From a virus, in the IMG/VR virus record IMGVR_UViG_3300022868_000017: a stretch of 64,000 bases of DNA; one strand, 5' to 3'. The translations under genes and the position numbers were made by a program. How positions within the stretch are numbered: position 1 is the first letter of the stretch; every line of letters begins with the position of its first letter. Below are positions 58,001 to 64,000 of this stretch, in pieces. The notes under the pieces were generated by a model. It ran no database searches, was not told where the DNA came from, and saw nothing but the letters and a program-made list of their open reading frames with translations.

Positions 58001-59654
58001 TGTCACAGTTGCTGGAAGTAGATGGAATATTACCGGGAGTAACTATATTTATAACACTACGGATGTTCTACATATCAATGAAACCAAATTAAATGATACT
58101 ATTGATGCTAGAGCAGGTTCAGGTATTGGGAATATTACAAATATTAATGCATTAGGATATGTATATGGTGGTGGTAGTTCAGGTGAAGTGAATATCACAT
58201 TTAATGCAAGTGGATATACTTCTGCATTAGCTACACTATTTATTAATCAAGCCGGAGAATTTACTGGTGATGTAACTGGAAGTTACTTAGGTGGTTTAGA
58301 ATTTAATGAAACTGCATTAAATGCATCAATTGATGCTAGGGGTGGCGGTGACATTACTTCAATAACAGCGTTAGGTTATGTTTACGGTGGTGGAGAATCA
58401 GGAGATGTTAATATCACATTTAATGAAAGTGGATTTCAAACTGCTTTAGGTTCATTATTTATAAACAAAGCAGAAGGGTTTACAGGAGAAGTAACTGGTA
58501 ATTATTTTGATGGTTTATTTATTAATTATTCAGTAGTTACCTTAAGTAATTTTACAAATGATGCTGGATTTATTAGTAATGAAGATGTAGTTATTGTTAA
58601 TGTTAATAATGATGGTAAAATTGGGTTAGGTATATTACCAGTTTATACTTTAGATATTAATTCTACTTATAATCAATTAAGAGTTGCAAATCCTACTGGT
58701 GGTGCGGTCATAGGTCTTCAATCTCCAAATGGAACAGCATCTATTAGATACGACCTAGATGGTGAAGAAATATTTTCTTTGTACAATAATAAAGTAAAAA
58801 TAAGTGATACAGGACAAGTTTCTATGGGTACAGACCATGATATAAATTACGATTTAGATATTCAATCACAAACATCTAGTGCTACATTTAGAATGGGCGA
58901 TAGTTTTAATACTGGTTTAACTTTTGATTTTAATCCAGGAACAGGGTCAACTATTAAAGATTGGAATAGTGAGGAAATTAATATTGTAATAAATAGTACA
59001 GATAGTCCAGGTATTAAAATATCTCCAGGTGGTATTTATATTGCTAATAATGTTGCTTCTTTAGCTGACCCAAATTATATGTTAAAAGTTGGTCAAAATG
59101 CAAGTATTGTTGGCTCAACATTTGATACCAATAAGGTTTATTTAGCAGAAAATACAATAGTTAATGGTTTATTAGGTGTCAATTTTTTAGAGGAAGAAGG
59201 ACAATATCCTATTGATATACATTTAGCTGGTGGTAGTATGGCAATTAGGACTACTGATTCAGCAATTATTGATGGAGACCCATTGGGGTATATTCATTTT
59301 AGAGGGGATGATAGTGGAACACACACAAACAAAGCTGGTGCAGTTATATATGCATTAGCTGATGGTGAATGGAATGGTACGGTTCAAAGAGATGCTCCAA
59401 CTAGATTACAATTCCATGTACAAGGTGATGGAGCAATAGATGACCTTACCGATTCAGCATTTACTTTAAAACATGATAGTGCAGTATTTGATGTTACTGA
59501 GGTAACTTCAACAGGTGGTATTACTGCAACTACATTTTTAAATATACCTGATGATTGTACATCTTTTTGTGAACCTGGAGACATAGGTTATAATACAACT
59601 CATATTTGTGTATGTACTGCAACAGATACATGGCAATCAGCTATACTAAGTTAG
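52008..59654 (+). CDS. giant (2548 aa) secreted repetitive fibre-like protein
   Basis: Signal/anchor at N-terminus. Repeated motifs HWDNITNKPTNLD(T/I)DSTDDITT (x3), (V/I)TL(S/N/A)(D/N)FTNDAGFI (x7), NCSVDGSC.LITYDSEL.YTVDT (x4), NETKLN.TI (x4). No C-terminal TM. TAG stop abuts the next ATG. Confidence 0.7.
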   Translation: MVHKEEEVRMLKKFIVPVFICIILMVSLVSATIIEPDKISTDNIYSHNSSSLVLQNQTIINDTLELLGNVDGSTINITGFKFFGQYNWNIDSESSSYLSFNGTSLSFNLSNLDDSHTLDWDNITSKPSDLDTDDTDDLITSTNFGGDVSGTYDNIIIADNSHLLHWDNVSNKPANLDIDSTDDITTSGGTITGNLIINGNLQLIGDWFNATVTNQYLNGTFYPSLSDTFDIGSSTTKWNYVYANYFVGSMDWSNLTNLPTNLDTDSTNDLITTTNFGGDVTGTYNNLQINNDSVNLHWDNITNKPTNLDTDSTDDITTTNIGNQNVNSSDYWDNYNTPSEISVSTLINDAGYITLANVTDTNTQKGSIGPYLYNDTSDIYFNDTKLNETIELLDDDTTYSNGTGINQSGTVFSIDLGYFQGLFIESGSNVIGDTEINYTEVTLNDFTNDAGFITSYTNTHWSINRTSLQNQSGILGVNETWLDGKYAQITDLFSESWNDLTDIPAGFSDNIDNDTTYTNLSEFNNDVGFITSYIDTNTNCSVDGSCENIVYESELNYTVDTDTTYSHLSNFTDNLGDRGYTHLSNFTDDLGYVDTNTHWEINETVLDNQSGTLGINSTYFNLIYINDDETTNWDKDSSDDLTTSTNLSNAHLHHWDNITNKPTNLDIDSTNDITTSNIGSQNVNSSTFWDNYDTPGDIGTSQLNNDANFIANGTSATLTDLFVDTNLIYATGDKIGFLTSSPSSEHDFDFNGNVRIQGNLDVLGNLTSLSVENLNINGSIIPEQDSSFTIGNTTHRYQYIYVSDDIYVNGLSVCLEDGTNCYMGTLINTTELEDGTIINADISDSAAIEEVKLNLNYGTTTLYNLIQSINYTHLSNFTDDLDYSTKNVNSSEYWDTYNNPSDIQNMLTIPCGNISGATSDLCTLQDTDTDTQKGSSGPYLYNDSTMMYFNESKLNNTIGLLDTDTTYTNGDGLVLTNNQFNISLSYFQNLFIELTDSFGGDVSGTYDNIQLGLNVVGDGEINYTQITLSDFNNDMGFLNSSNTSGWDTNVADDFSGSWNDLSNIPAGFNDDIDNDTTYTNLSEFNNDAGFITSYTDTNTNCSVDGSCSLITYDSELTYTVDTNTNCSIDNSCGLITYDSELTYTVDTNETTRVNDLYDNTSNWNEAYGWGDHSSEGYITSYVNTNCSVDDSCSLITYDSELNYTIDTNETDRVNDLYDNTSNWNTAYTWGDHSTQSYLKNGSSANLTTLDVNIINLDEGRITGSVPEDVYISLNESITLSTNGNDHIYIDAGSSDINIESDMNINQNNIIGVNNITANNFNGNISCDYITGASSNLCTITDTDTDTIWTISNEYIYNNSGVLTINETKLNATITSISGGGCVNCIETNDTAILGPNTQIKSAGPFTPVMFGITSHNTGGDFGWPELILKTEGTDDWDGTGDTADGTILGQISFWGRGDQAGSAAGAYMRVRQVDDADTDLHTKWEFHTNSKDWIYHYDEEFDMALDDNALFVNKGIQYLGQSSSPVTCNTTWEGYMYYNSGDSKFYGCANGVWYDMVSNATSSGNYVLKSGGTITGDLTLEQDLTVEGDTTLDTVTINDAIDGGVLDIDLRDTIVGGLASVGNTGYYTTCVGVGCAIFNDGNYSIGIGPASLNQNDGDNVIAIGYESGQNNNDDNVLIIRDSTLNAVPIIWGELDNNYVAINGWDPRSELDVNGMITTTDINITNNIYLNDVNITNVNKLTANELVGNIDCSNITGTTSNICTFDSSTYLLSGSNIIGDTEMNYTEVTLADFTNDAGFITSSESDTIWNITGSDYIINESGILDINKTKLNSTIESISLIDNDDIGDNEMNYSEVTLSDFTNDAGFASSFASTFTNITVTNIISSGGDISILNSSGDGIIAKFTHGGDNLEVTGKVEADRVEIASTGTFGGYVTAEKFVGEMDCSNITGSDGNLCTIDAIYIGQAEDFTGDIYGNYNDGLQLNFTNITLSDFTNDAGFVTVAGSRWNITGSNYIYNTTDVLHINETKLNDTIDARAGSGIGNITNINALGYVYGGGSSGEVNITFNASGYTSALATLFINQAGEFTGDVTGSYLGGLEFNETALNASIDARGGGDITSITALGYVYGGGESGDVNITFNESGFQTALGSLFINKAEGFTGEVTGNYFDGLFINYSVVTLSNFTNDAGFISNEDVVIVNVNNDGKIGLGILPVYTLDINSTYNQLRVANPTGGAVIGLQSPNGTASIRYDLDGEEIFSLYNNKVKISDTGQVSMGTDHDINYDLDIQSQTSSATFRMGDSFNTGLTFDFNPGTGSTIKDWNSEEINIVINSTDSPGIKISPGGIYIANNVASLADPNYMLKVGQNASIVGSTFDTNKVYLAENTIVNGLLGVNFLEEEGQYPIDIHLAGGSMAIRTTDSAIIDGDPLGYIHFRGDDSGTHTNKAGAVIYALADGEWNGTVQRDAPTRLQFHVQGDGAIDDLTDSAFTLKHDSAVFDVTEVTSTGGITATTFLNIPDDCTSFCEPGDIGYNTTHICVCTATDTWQSAILS
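55305..55710 (+). repeat. nucleotide-level tandem duplication inside CDS 52008..59654 (about 170-nt unit, about 80% identity, plus partial copies)
   Basis: 55380-55535 and 55536-55710 are near-copies (NCS(I/V)D.SC.LITYDSEL.YT(V/I)DTNET.RVNDLYDNTSNWN.AY.WGDHS). A partial copy lies at 55305-55380 and a diverged copy at about 53613-53700. Confidence 0.6.
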
Positions 59655-60074
59655 ATGAAAATGAAAAAATATATTCCACTATTGATATTCTTTTTATTAA
59701 TTAGTGGTGTATTAGGTTTATCATCTGACATGAGAGTTGGTTCTATTATGAAAGATTCAAACTATACTTATACAGTTAATACAAATTTTAGTCTTGACAC
59801 ATTAGAAGTTGATTATAATGAACTATATTTTAATACAATACCATATTGTGATAGTGTTTTCAGAAATTATATTACTTCAGATAGGTCTTGTCCTTCTCCA
59901 GCAGTATCACCTGGTGGTGGACAAAAACCTTGGTATGACCATATTAATGCAACAATTGAACCACCAGAAAGAGACTATGTAGATATCTTGTGGATTTTAA
60001 TAATATTGTTGGTAGTTGGGTTTATTATATATGGAGTAGTTATCTATAGTTTATGGAAAAGAGACCAAAGATAA
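59655..60074 (+). CDS. small type-I membrane protein (signal peptide plus C-terminal TM)
   Basis: IPLLIFFLLISGVLGLSS ... ILWILIILLVVGFIIYGVVIYSLWKRDQR. Confidence 0.45.
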   Translation: MKMKKYIPLLIFFLLISGVLGLSSDMRVGSIMKDSNYTYTVNTNFSLDTLEVDYNELYFNTIPYCDSVFRNYITSDRSCPSPAVSPGGGQKPWYDHINATIEPPERDYVDILWILIILLVVGFIIYGVVIYSLWKRDQR

Positions 60075-60152
60075 TTAAAATATAAAAATAGATACAATAT
60101 CAAACACGTAATAAAGAAAAATAAAGGTTGTGATGGTAGTACTTCAGCATTA

Positions 60153-60539
60153 TTGAACTTTGACCAAACATTTACTAGAAACCCATTGGAAACACCTATT
60201 GAAAGATATTTTTACTTACCATCTAATTTACCATCTGGAGAGAATCAATTATATTGTAGAGCCATTTATAAGAACTTAGGTTTATACCATCAAGATTTTA
60301 GTGATACATTTATAGCTAATCCTCCTGGTGGACCAAATGGTAAGAATATAGAATTAACACCTGTAATGGAAGAGGTAGATGGAAATGAATCTATTAGTAT
60401 AGGTATTCAAGATATACCTGATACAGATAGGTTATCTACATTTACATGGGTTTGTATCATTATTACTATCGTAGTTTTATTGGGAATTATACTGATAATA
60501 TTAGATAGAAAGTATGGATTATGGAGTCAAAATAATTAA
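60153..60539 (+). CDS. small C-terminally anchored protein (TTG start per track)
   Basis: C-terminal TM FTWVCIIITIVVLLGIILIILDRKYGLW. PPGGP region resembles PGGGQKP of the preceding protein. Confidence 0.35.
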   Translation: MNFDQTFTRNPLETPIERYFYLPSNLPSGENQLYCRAIYKNLGLYHQDFSDTFIANPPGGPNGKNIELTPVMEEVDGNESISIGIQDIPDTDRLSTFTWVCIIITIVVLLGIILIILDRKYGLWSQNN

Positions 60540-60574
60540 AATATAAAAATAGAATTCAAATATATATAATTAAG

Positions 60575-60781
60575 ATGGGTATAGCAGATTTTTTCATAGG
60601 AGGATTAAAGTTTTACATACTTCTACTTCTAGGTAATATCCCATCAATCATAATCTTTGGTGTATTATCATTTCTAGGTATCTTACCTTTATGGTTAGGG
60701 GTAGCTTTAATACTTGTATTAATACCTGTTAATGTAATATCAGCTGGCTGGTTAGCTTATAAAATATTTGGGTGGGAATAA
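60575..60781 (+). CDS. small 2-TM membrane protein
   Basis: LKFYILLLLGNIPSIIIFGVLSFLGILPLWLGVALILVLIPV. Confidence 0.35.
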   Translation: MGIADFFIGGLKFYILLLLGNIPSIIIFGVLSFLGILPLWLGVALILVLIPVNVISAGWLAYKIFGWE

Positions 60782-62321
60782 AATGAATAAAATAATTATG
60801 TGGATAGGTGTCGTGATTCTTGCATTATCTTTATTAGGTGGAGGAGCTTATATATTAGTAGAACAGAGTGTATCTGGTGGATTTACTCCTATCTTTTGTA
60901 ACGATTATTCGTTTACTTGTTGTGTAGATAAAACTGATTCAAATCCAGTTAATCTAGATTCTAAAACATCATATCAATGTCCTGAAAATGCTAATTATTG
61001 TCTTATTACATCTACTAATAGTAATTTCATATGGGCTGGTAGTGAAGATTGTGAATTAGGATGGCATCCTAGTAAAGCTCTATTTGGTTCTACTTTTGCT
61101 TGTGATGATGAAAGAGTAATATCTGAAAATGAACAATTATTACCTAGTGAACATATCTATGGTTTTGCTACACTTGGAGTAGACCAAGTAACTGTAACTA
61201 TTGAAAAACATGTTAACGGTTTAATCTTTACAGGAAGATCAGGTTATGAATTAGGTGTACCAGTATTAGGAGCTGATGGTTGTACTTTTAATCCAACAGC
61301 TACTAGAAATGATGGTAAATTAGTTGAATATGATGTTGATAAGACTTCTTATACAATAAGTCCTTCAGACTGTATGTTATCATTTGTACCAGGTGATAGA
61401 CATATGTGTGGTACATTAGAAGAACAATGTAGTAATTATAATGATTGTTCAACTCATTCTTATGGTAATTATGAATGTATAGGTAGGACATTACAAGAAT
61501 ATGGTTGTAAACAAATAGCAAAACCATGGTTCTTAGAAGAATATGGTGGTAGTTTATCCTTTAAACCTTTTTCAGTAGTTGATGAAAAAGCTGAACTTAA
61601 TAAATTACCTTCAAATTCTAGATGTGAAATAATAACTGGTGAAACAGTTCAATGTTGTGGAGATACAGATTGTGGAAGTAATGCATTTTGTGATGTAGGA
61701 AAAACATGGACTTGTCAAGAATCAGCTGAATGTGATAGTGATAGTGATTGTGGAGTAAGTCAACAATGTGATAGAGATTCAAAAACAATTAAGAAACCTG
61801 TATGTAACTTACAATCAGGAAAATGTGAAAAAGAATCAATTAAAGATGTTGAATGTTGCAGTACAGAAGATTGTCCAGATAAGTACTTTTGTGGAATTGA
61901 TAATACATGTCAAGAATCAACTGTACCAAAAGTGGATTGTCCTTTCTCATGTTGTGTAGGGGAATTAAACTACTTTAATAAAGGTTGTGCAGATGGGACT
62001 TTTTGTGTAAACCATATATGTACAGATGATAAATGTACTAAAGATAGTGATTGTCAAAATGGTTATACTTGTGATGATGGTGATTGTGTAAAAGATGAAT
62101 TACCTGGTCAATGTAATTGGTATGAAGAATATTACGAAGAAGAAAGTTGTGGATTTTGGTGTAGTATAGGTGTAGGTGACCCAGTTACAGATACAGGTTG
62201 TAAATCAATGTTATGGCAATACGTATTAATAATAGGTGGAGTAATCATAGCTATTGTATTGATTATACAACCTAAAAAACCTGAATCATTACCAAGTTTA
62301 CCATTACCTAATAAAAAATAA
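60768..62321 (+). CDS. Cys-rich modular type-I membrane protein (517 aa)
   Basis: N-terminal signal anchor. More than 60 Cys in repeated C-x-D-x-D-C-G-x-x-x-x-C-D-like modules (DSDCGVSQQCD, TEDCPDKYFCGIDNTCQ, DSDCQNGYTCDDGDCV). C-terminal TM LWQYVLIIGGVIIAIVLII. Confidence 0.5.
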   Translation: MGGNKMNKIIMWIGVVILALSLLGGGAYILVEQSVSGGFTPIFCNDYSFTCCVDKTDSNPVNLDSKTSYQCPENANYCLITSTNSNFIWAGSEDCELGWHPSKALFGSTFACDDERVISENEQLLPSEHIYGFATLGVDQVTVTIEKHVNGLIFTGRSGYELGVPVLGADGCTFNPTATRNDGKLVEYDVDKTSYTISPSDCMLSFVPGDRHMCGTLEEQCSNYNDCSTHSYGNYECIGRTLQEYGCKQIAKPWFLEEYGGSLSFKPFSVVDEKAELNKLPSNSRCEIITGETVQCCGDTDCGSNAFCDVGKTWTCQESAECDSDSDCGVSQQCDRDSKTIKKPVCNLQSGKCEKESIKDVECCSTEDCPDKYFCGIDNTCQESTVPKVDCPFSCCVGELNYFNKGCADGTFCVNHICTDDKCTKDSDCQNGYTCDDGDCVKDELPGQCNWYEEYYEEESCGFWCSIGVGDPVTDTGCKSMLWQYVLIIGGVIIAIVLIIQPKKPESLPSLPLPNKK

Positions 62322-62594
62322 ATAATTTGGAGGGATGTACCATGAAAAAGAAAGGAAATAGCAAATTGAAAAAAGTAAGAATTCGTAGAAAAGATGGTGT
62401 TATGACTACTGTTTATAGGAAAAAAAAGTAGTCAACCAATTTTCCACCAAAAGAGATAGATGTCTTATATGTCAATACCCAAACCTAGAAAGTATAAAAA
62501 ATAAAATTTTTTATACCTAGATGTATAATGGTATTAAAAAATATACAAAGCAAGAGGTAAATCAAGATGAATTACAACACATGGGAAGAATTAA

Positions 62595-63317
62595 TTGAAG
62601 CAGAGTATCCAAATTACAATAATAAAGATGAATAAAATATACAAAATATTAATTGGTGTATCAATAGTATTGTTATTACTGCTAGGAGTATTATTTACTG
62701 TTAAAAGTATTCTGTCAATGGACATAGATGATATTCCTTTATTTATACCAAGTCAAAGTATTATAGATTCACCTAATGAAGAAGTAAGTTGTTCAAGTTA
62801 TGATATTCCTGATAAATTTAGAGAAACCTATGGGAATTCACAGATTAATTCATTAGAAGATAATTGTGAAATTGGTGGCGGTATTTGGAGAGAATTTAAT
62901 AATGAAATGGGATGTTATTGGAACCCAGATTCAGGTTCTACTTTTGATTGTAATGCTCAACCAATAATAGGCTTGGGTAACTATTGTGAAGATGATTTAC
63001 TTGCAAATTGGGAATGTAATCTTAATATTGCTTATGTAGGTTGCTTATGTAATAAAGCAAAACCTAGTACTTGGGTTGAAGAAGAGGAAGAGATACCAGA
63101 ACAAAGAATAGAAAAAATTCAAACTCAAGATAGAAACAGATTAAATCAACTAACTAATTTAGAATTTAGTTTTGATGAAACCAAAGTAATAGCTAATGGT
63201 CTAGAAGAAAAAAAGTTTTTAAATATGTTTAAAGTTCAAAGACAAGCAACATATGAAATCAACAACAATGGAGACATAATTAAAGTAAAAAGATTTTCAG
63301 ACTTTTTATTTAGATAA
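62595..63317 (+). CDS. membrane-anchored Cys-containing protein (true start possibly ATG at 62628)
   Basis: MNKIYKILIGVSIVLLLLLGVLFTV TM, then a Cys-rich region and a charged C-terminal half. Confidence 0.4.
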   Translation: MKQSIQITIIKMNKIYKILIGVSIVLLLLLGVLFTVKSILSMDIDDIPLFIPSQSIIDSPNEEVSCSSYDIPDKFRETYGNSQINSLEDNCEIGGGIWREFNNEMGCYWNPDSGSTFDCNAQPIIGLGNYCEDDLLANWECNLNIAYVGCLCNKAKPSTWVEEEEEIPEQRIEKIQTQDRNRLNQLTNLEFSFDETKVIANGLEEKKFLNMFKVQRQATYEINNNGDIIKVKRFSDFLFR

Positions 63318-63506
63318 TAAACAACGAGGTTAAAAAAAATGAATGAAAACTTGAAATTTAGGGATATGAAAACACAGACTAACTTTTATACTGATAAGTA
63401 TGAAATTAGAACCAAACCAGTTAAAGGTAATCCACGAAGATTTGCTATAGCTGATGCACCTAGTGGATGTAAAGCTTGGCGAGTGCTACCTAACATAAAA
63501 TAGAAA

Positions 63507-63764
63507 ATGCTAATATCAATATGGATTCCCATTATATTAACCGTAATTGCCATTTTCTGGTGGGTTAATCCTATTGATTTACCTGGGCCTTTTGATGAAA
63601 TAGTAGTAACATTAATAGCATTAGGTGCCTGGTTAGCCTTTACAGTTGAGAAATCAATTATCACATTCATAAATGATATTGCTACTGGTAATATATCATC
63701 AATAATCATAATCATAATAGTTATAGCAGTTATTATTGCTTATGTAAAGACAAAAAAGGATTGA
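63507..63764 (+). CDS. small membrane protein
   Basis: Three hydrophobic helices. Track ORF. Confidence 0.35.
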   Translation: MLISIWIPIILTVIAIFWWVNPIDLPGPFDEIVVTLIALGAWLAFTVEKSIITFINDIATGNISSIIIIIIVIAVIIAYVKTKKD

Positions 63765-63773
63765 GGTAACAAA

Positions 63774-64000
63774 ATGAAAAAAATATTTTTAATAGTTGTA
63801 ATATGTACTTTATTAATGAGTTTAGTATCTGTTAGTGCTCAAGATGATACCATTTTCAAGGATGAAAAAATCAGTTGGTTACAATCTATATTTGTAGAGG
63901 AATCTGTTTATGAAAGTCAGTTATCTGATAAAACCATATCTAATGGGGATTCATTAACAACAAAGATTTTTTATTATACAAAATATGATAATGTAATTGA
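63774..64000 (+). CDS. secreted protein, 5' partial at window end
   Basis: MKKIFLIVVICTLLMSLVSVSAQDD signal peptide. Runs off the window. Confidence 0.4.
   Translation, partial: MKKIFLIVVICTLLMSLVSVSAQDDTIFKDEKISWLQSIFVEESVYESQLSDKTISNGDSLTTKIFYYTKYDNVI

Noticed and set aside
62342-62430. 29-codon basic ORF MKKKGNSKLKKVRIRRKDGVMTTVYRKKK with strong RBS GGAGGG
   Set aside because: Too short and low-complexity to call confidently, though it may be a genuine small DNA- or RNA-binding peptide. Not listed as a feature.
1-64000. CRISPR arrays, rRNA or tRNA genes
   Set aside because: No regularly spaced direct repeats with unique spacers were seen. The only GC-rich islands (28173-28207, 31878-31913) lack tRNA cloverleaf and T-loop (GTTCRANYC) features.
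1-64000. Interpretation as a Borg-like giant extrachromosomal element
   Set aside because: The two-replichore strand arrangement and intragenic tandem repeats are reminiscent of such elements. However, the repeats here are imperfect protein-module duplications rather than perfect short-unit tandem arrays, and no metabolic genes are present. This cannot be decided from this window alone.

Overview
This is a very AT-rich, densely coding 64-kb window with a clear two-arm layout. Almost every gene from 1 to about 27,960 sits on the minus strand. From about 28,277 onward genes are on the plus strand, except a serine-recombinase pair at 30.1-31.7 kb. The arms are separated by two non-coding regions with dyad symmetry and short repeated motifs (26,120-26,510 and 27,961-28,276).

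The left arm is a replication and nucleotide-metabolism module of viral or mobile-element type. It holds a family-B DNA polymerase, an ERCC4-type nuclease and a possible archaeo-eukaryotic primase. It also carries an N6-adenine DNA methyltransferase cassette flanked by 33-bp direct repeats, an SPFH/stomatin protein, a Sak4-like RecA-fold ATPase and an AAA+/MCM-like ATPase. A contiguous 7-deazaguanine (queuosine-precursor) cluster is present: DpdA-like transglycosylase, QueF, QueC, FolE, QueE and QueD. HNH, MazG-like and many Zn-ribbon mini-proteins are interspersed. This composition is typical of viruses that replace G in their DNA with preQ0 or preQ1.

The right arm holds a serine recombinase, a FtsK/HerA-type P-loop ATPase and a strongly expressed putative structural protein. 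It ends in a roughly 29-kb block of secreted or membrane-anchored proteins. That block includes three giant proteins (1562, 1990 and 2548 aa) that are extremely rich in N-x-S/T sequons. One of them carries an embedded Hint (intein-like) autoprocessing domain. The block also includes a coiled-coil protein with transmembrane helices at both ends, and several Cys-rich type-I membrane proteins.

Promoter-like repeats contain an archaeal-type TATA box (TTTATATA), and ribosome-binding sites are GGTGA-like. Together these point to an AT-rich archaeal host, with a methanogen or DPANN-like host as one possibility. I read the whole window as part of a virus or provirus, or a large integrative element. 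No rRNA, tRNA or CRISPR array was recognised. TAG, TAA and TGA are all used as stops. All functional calls rest on motif recognition by eye, and no database search was run.
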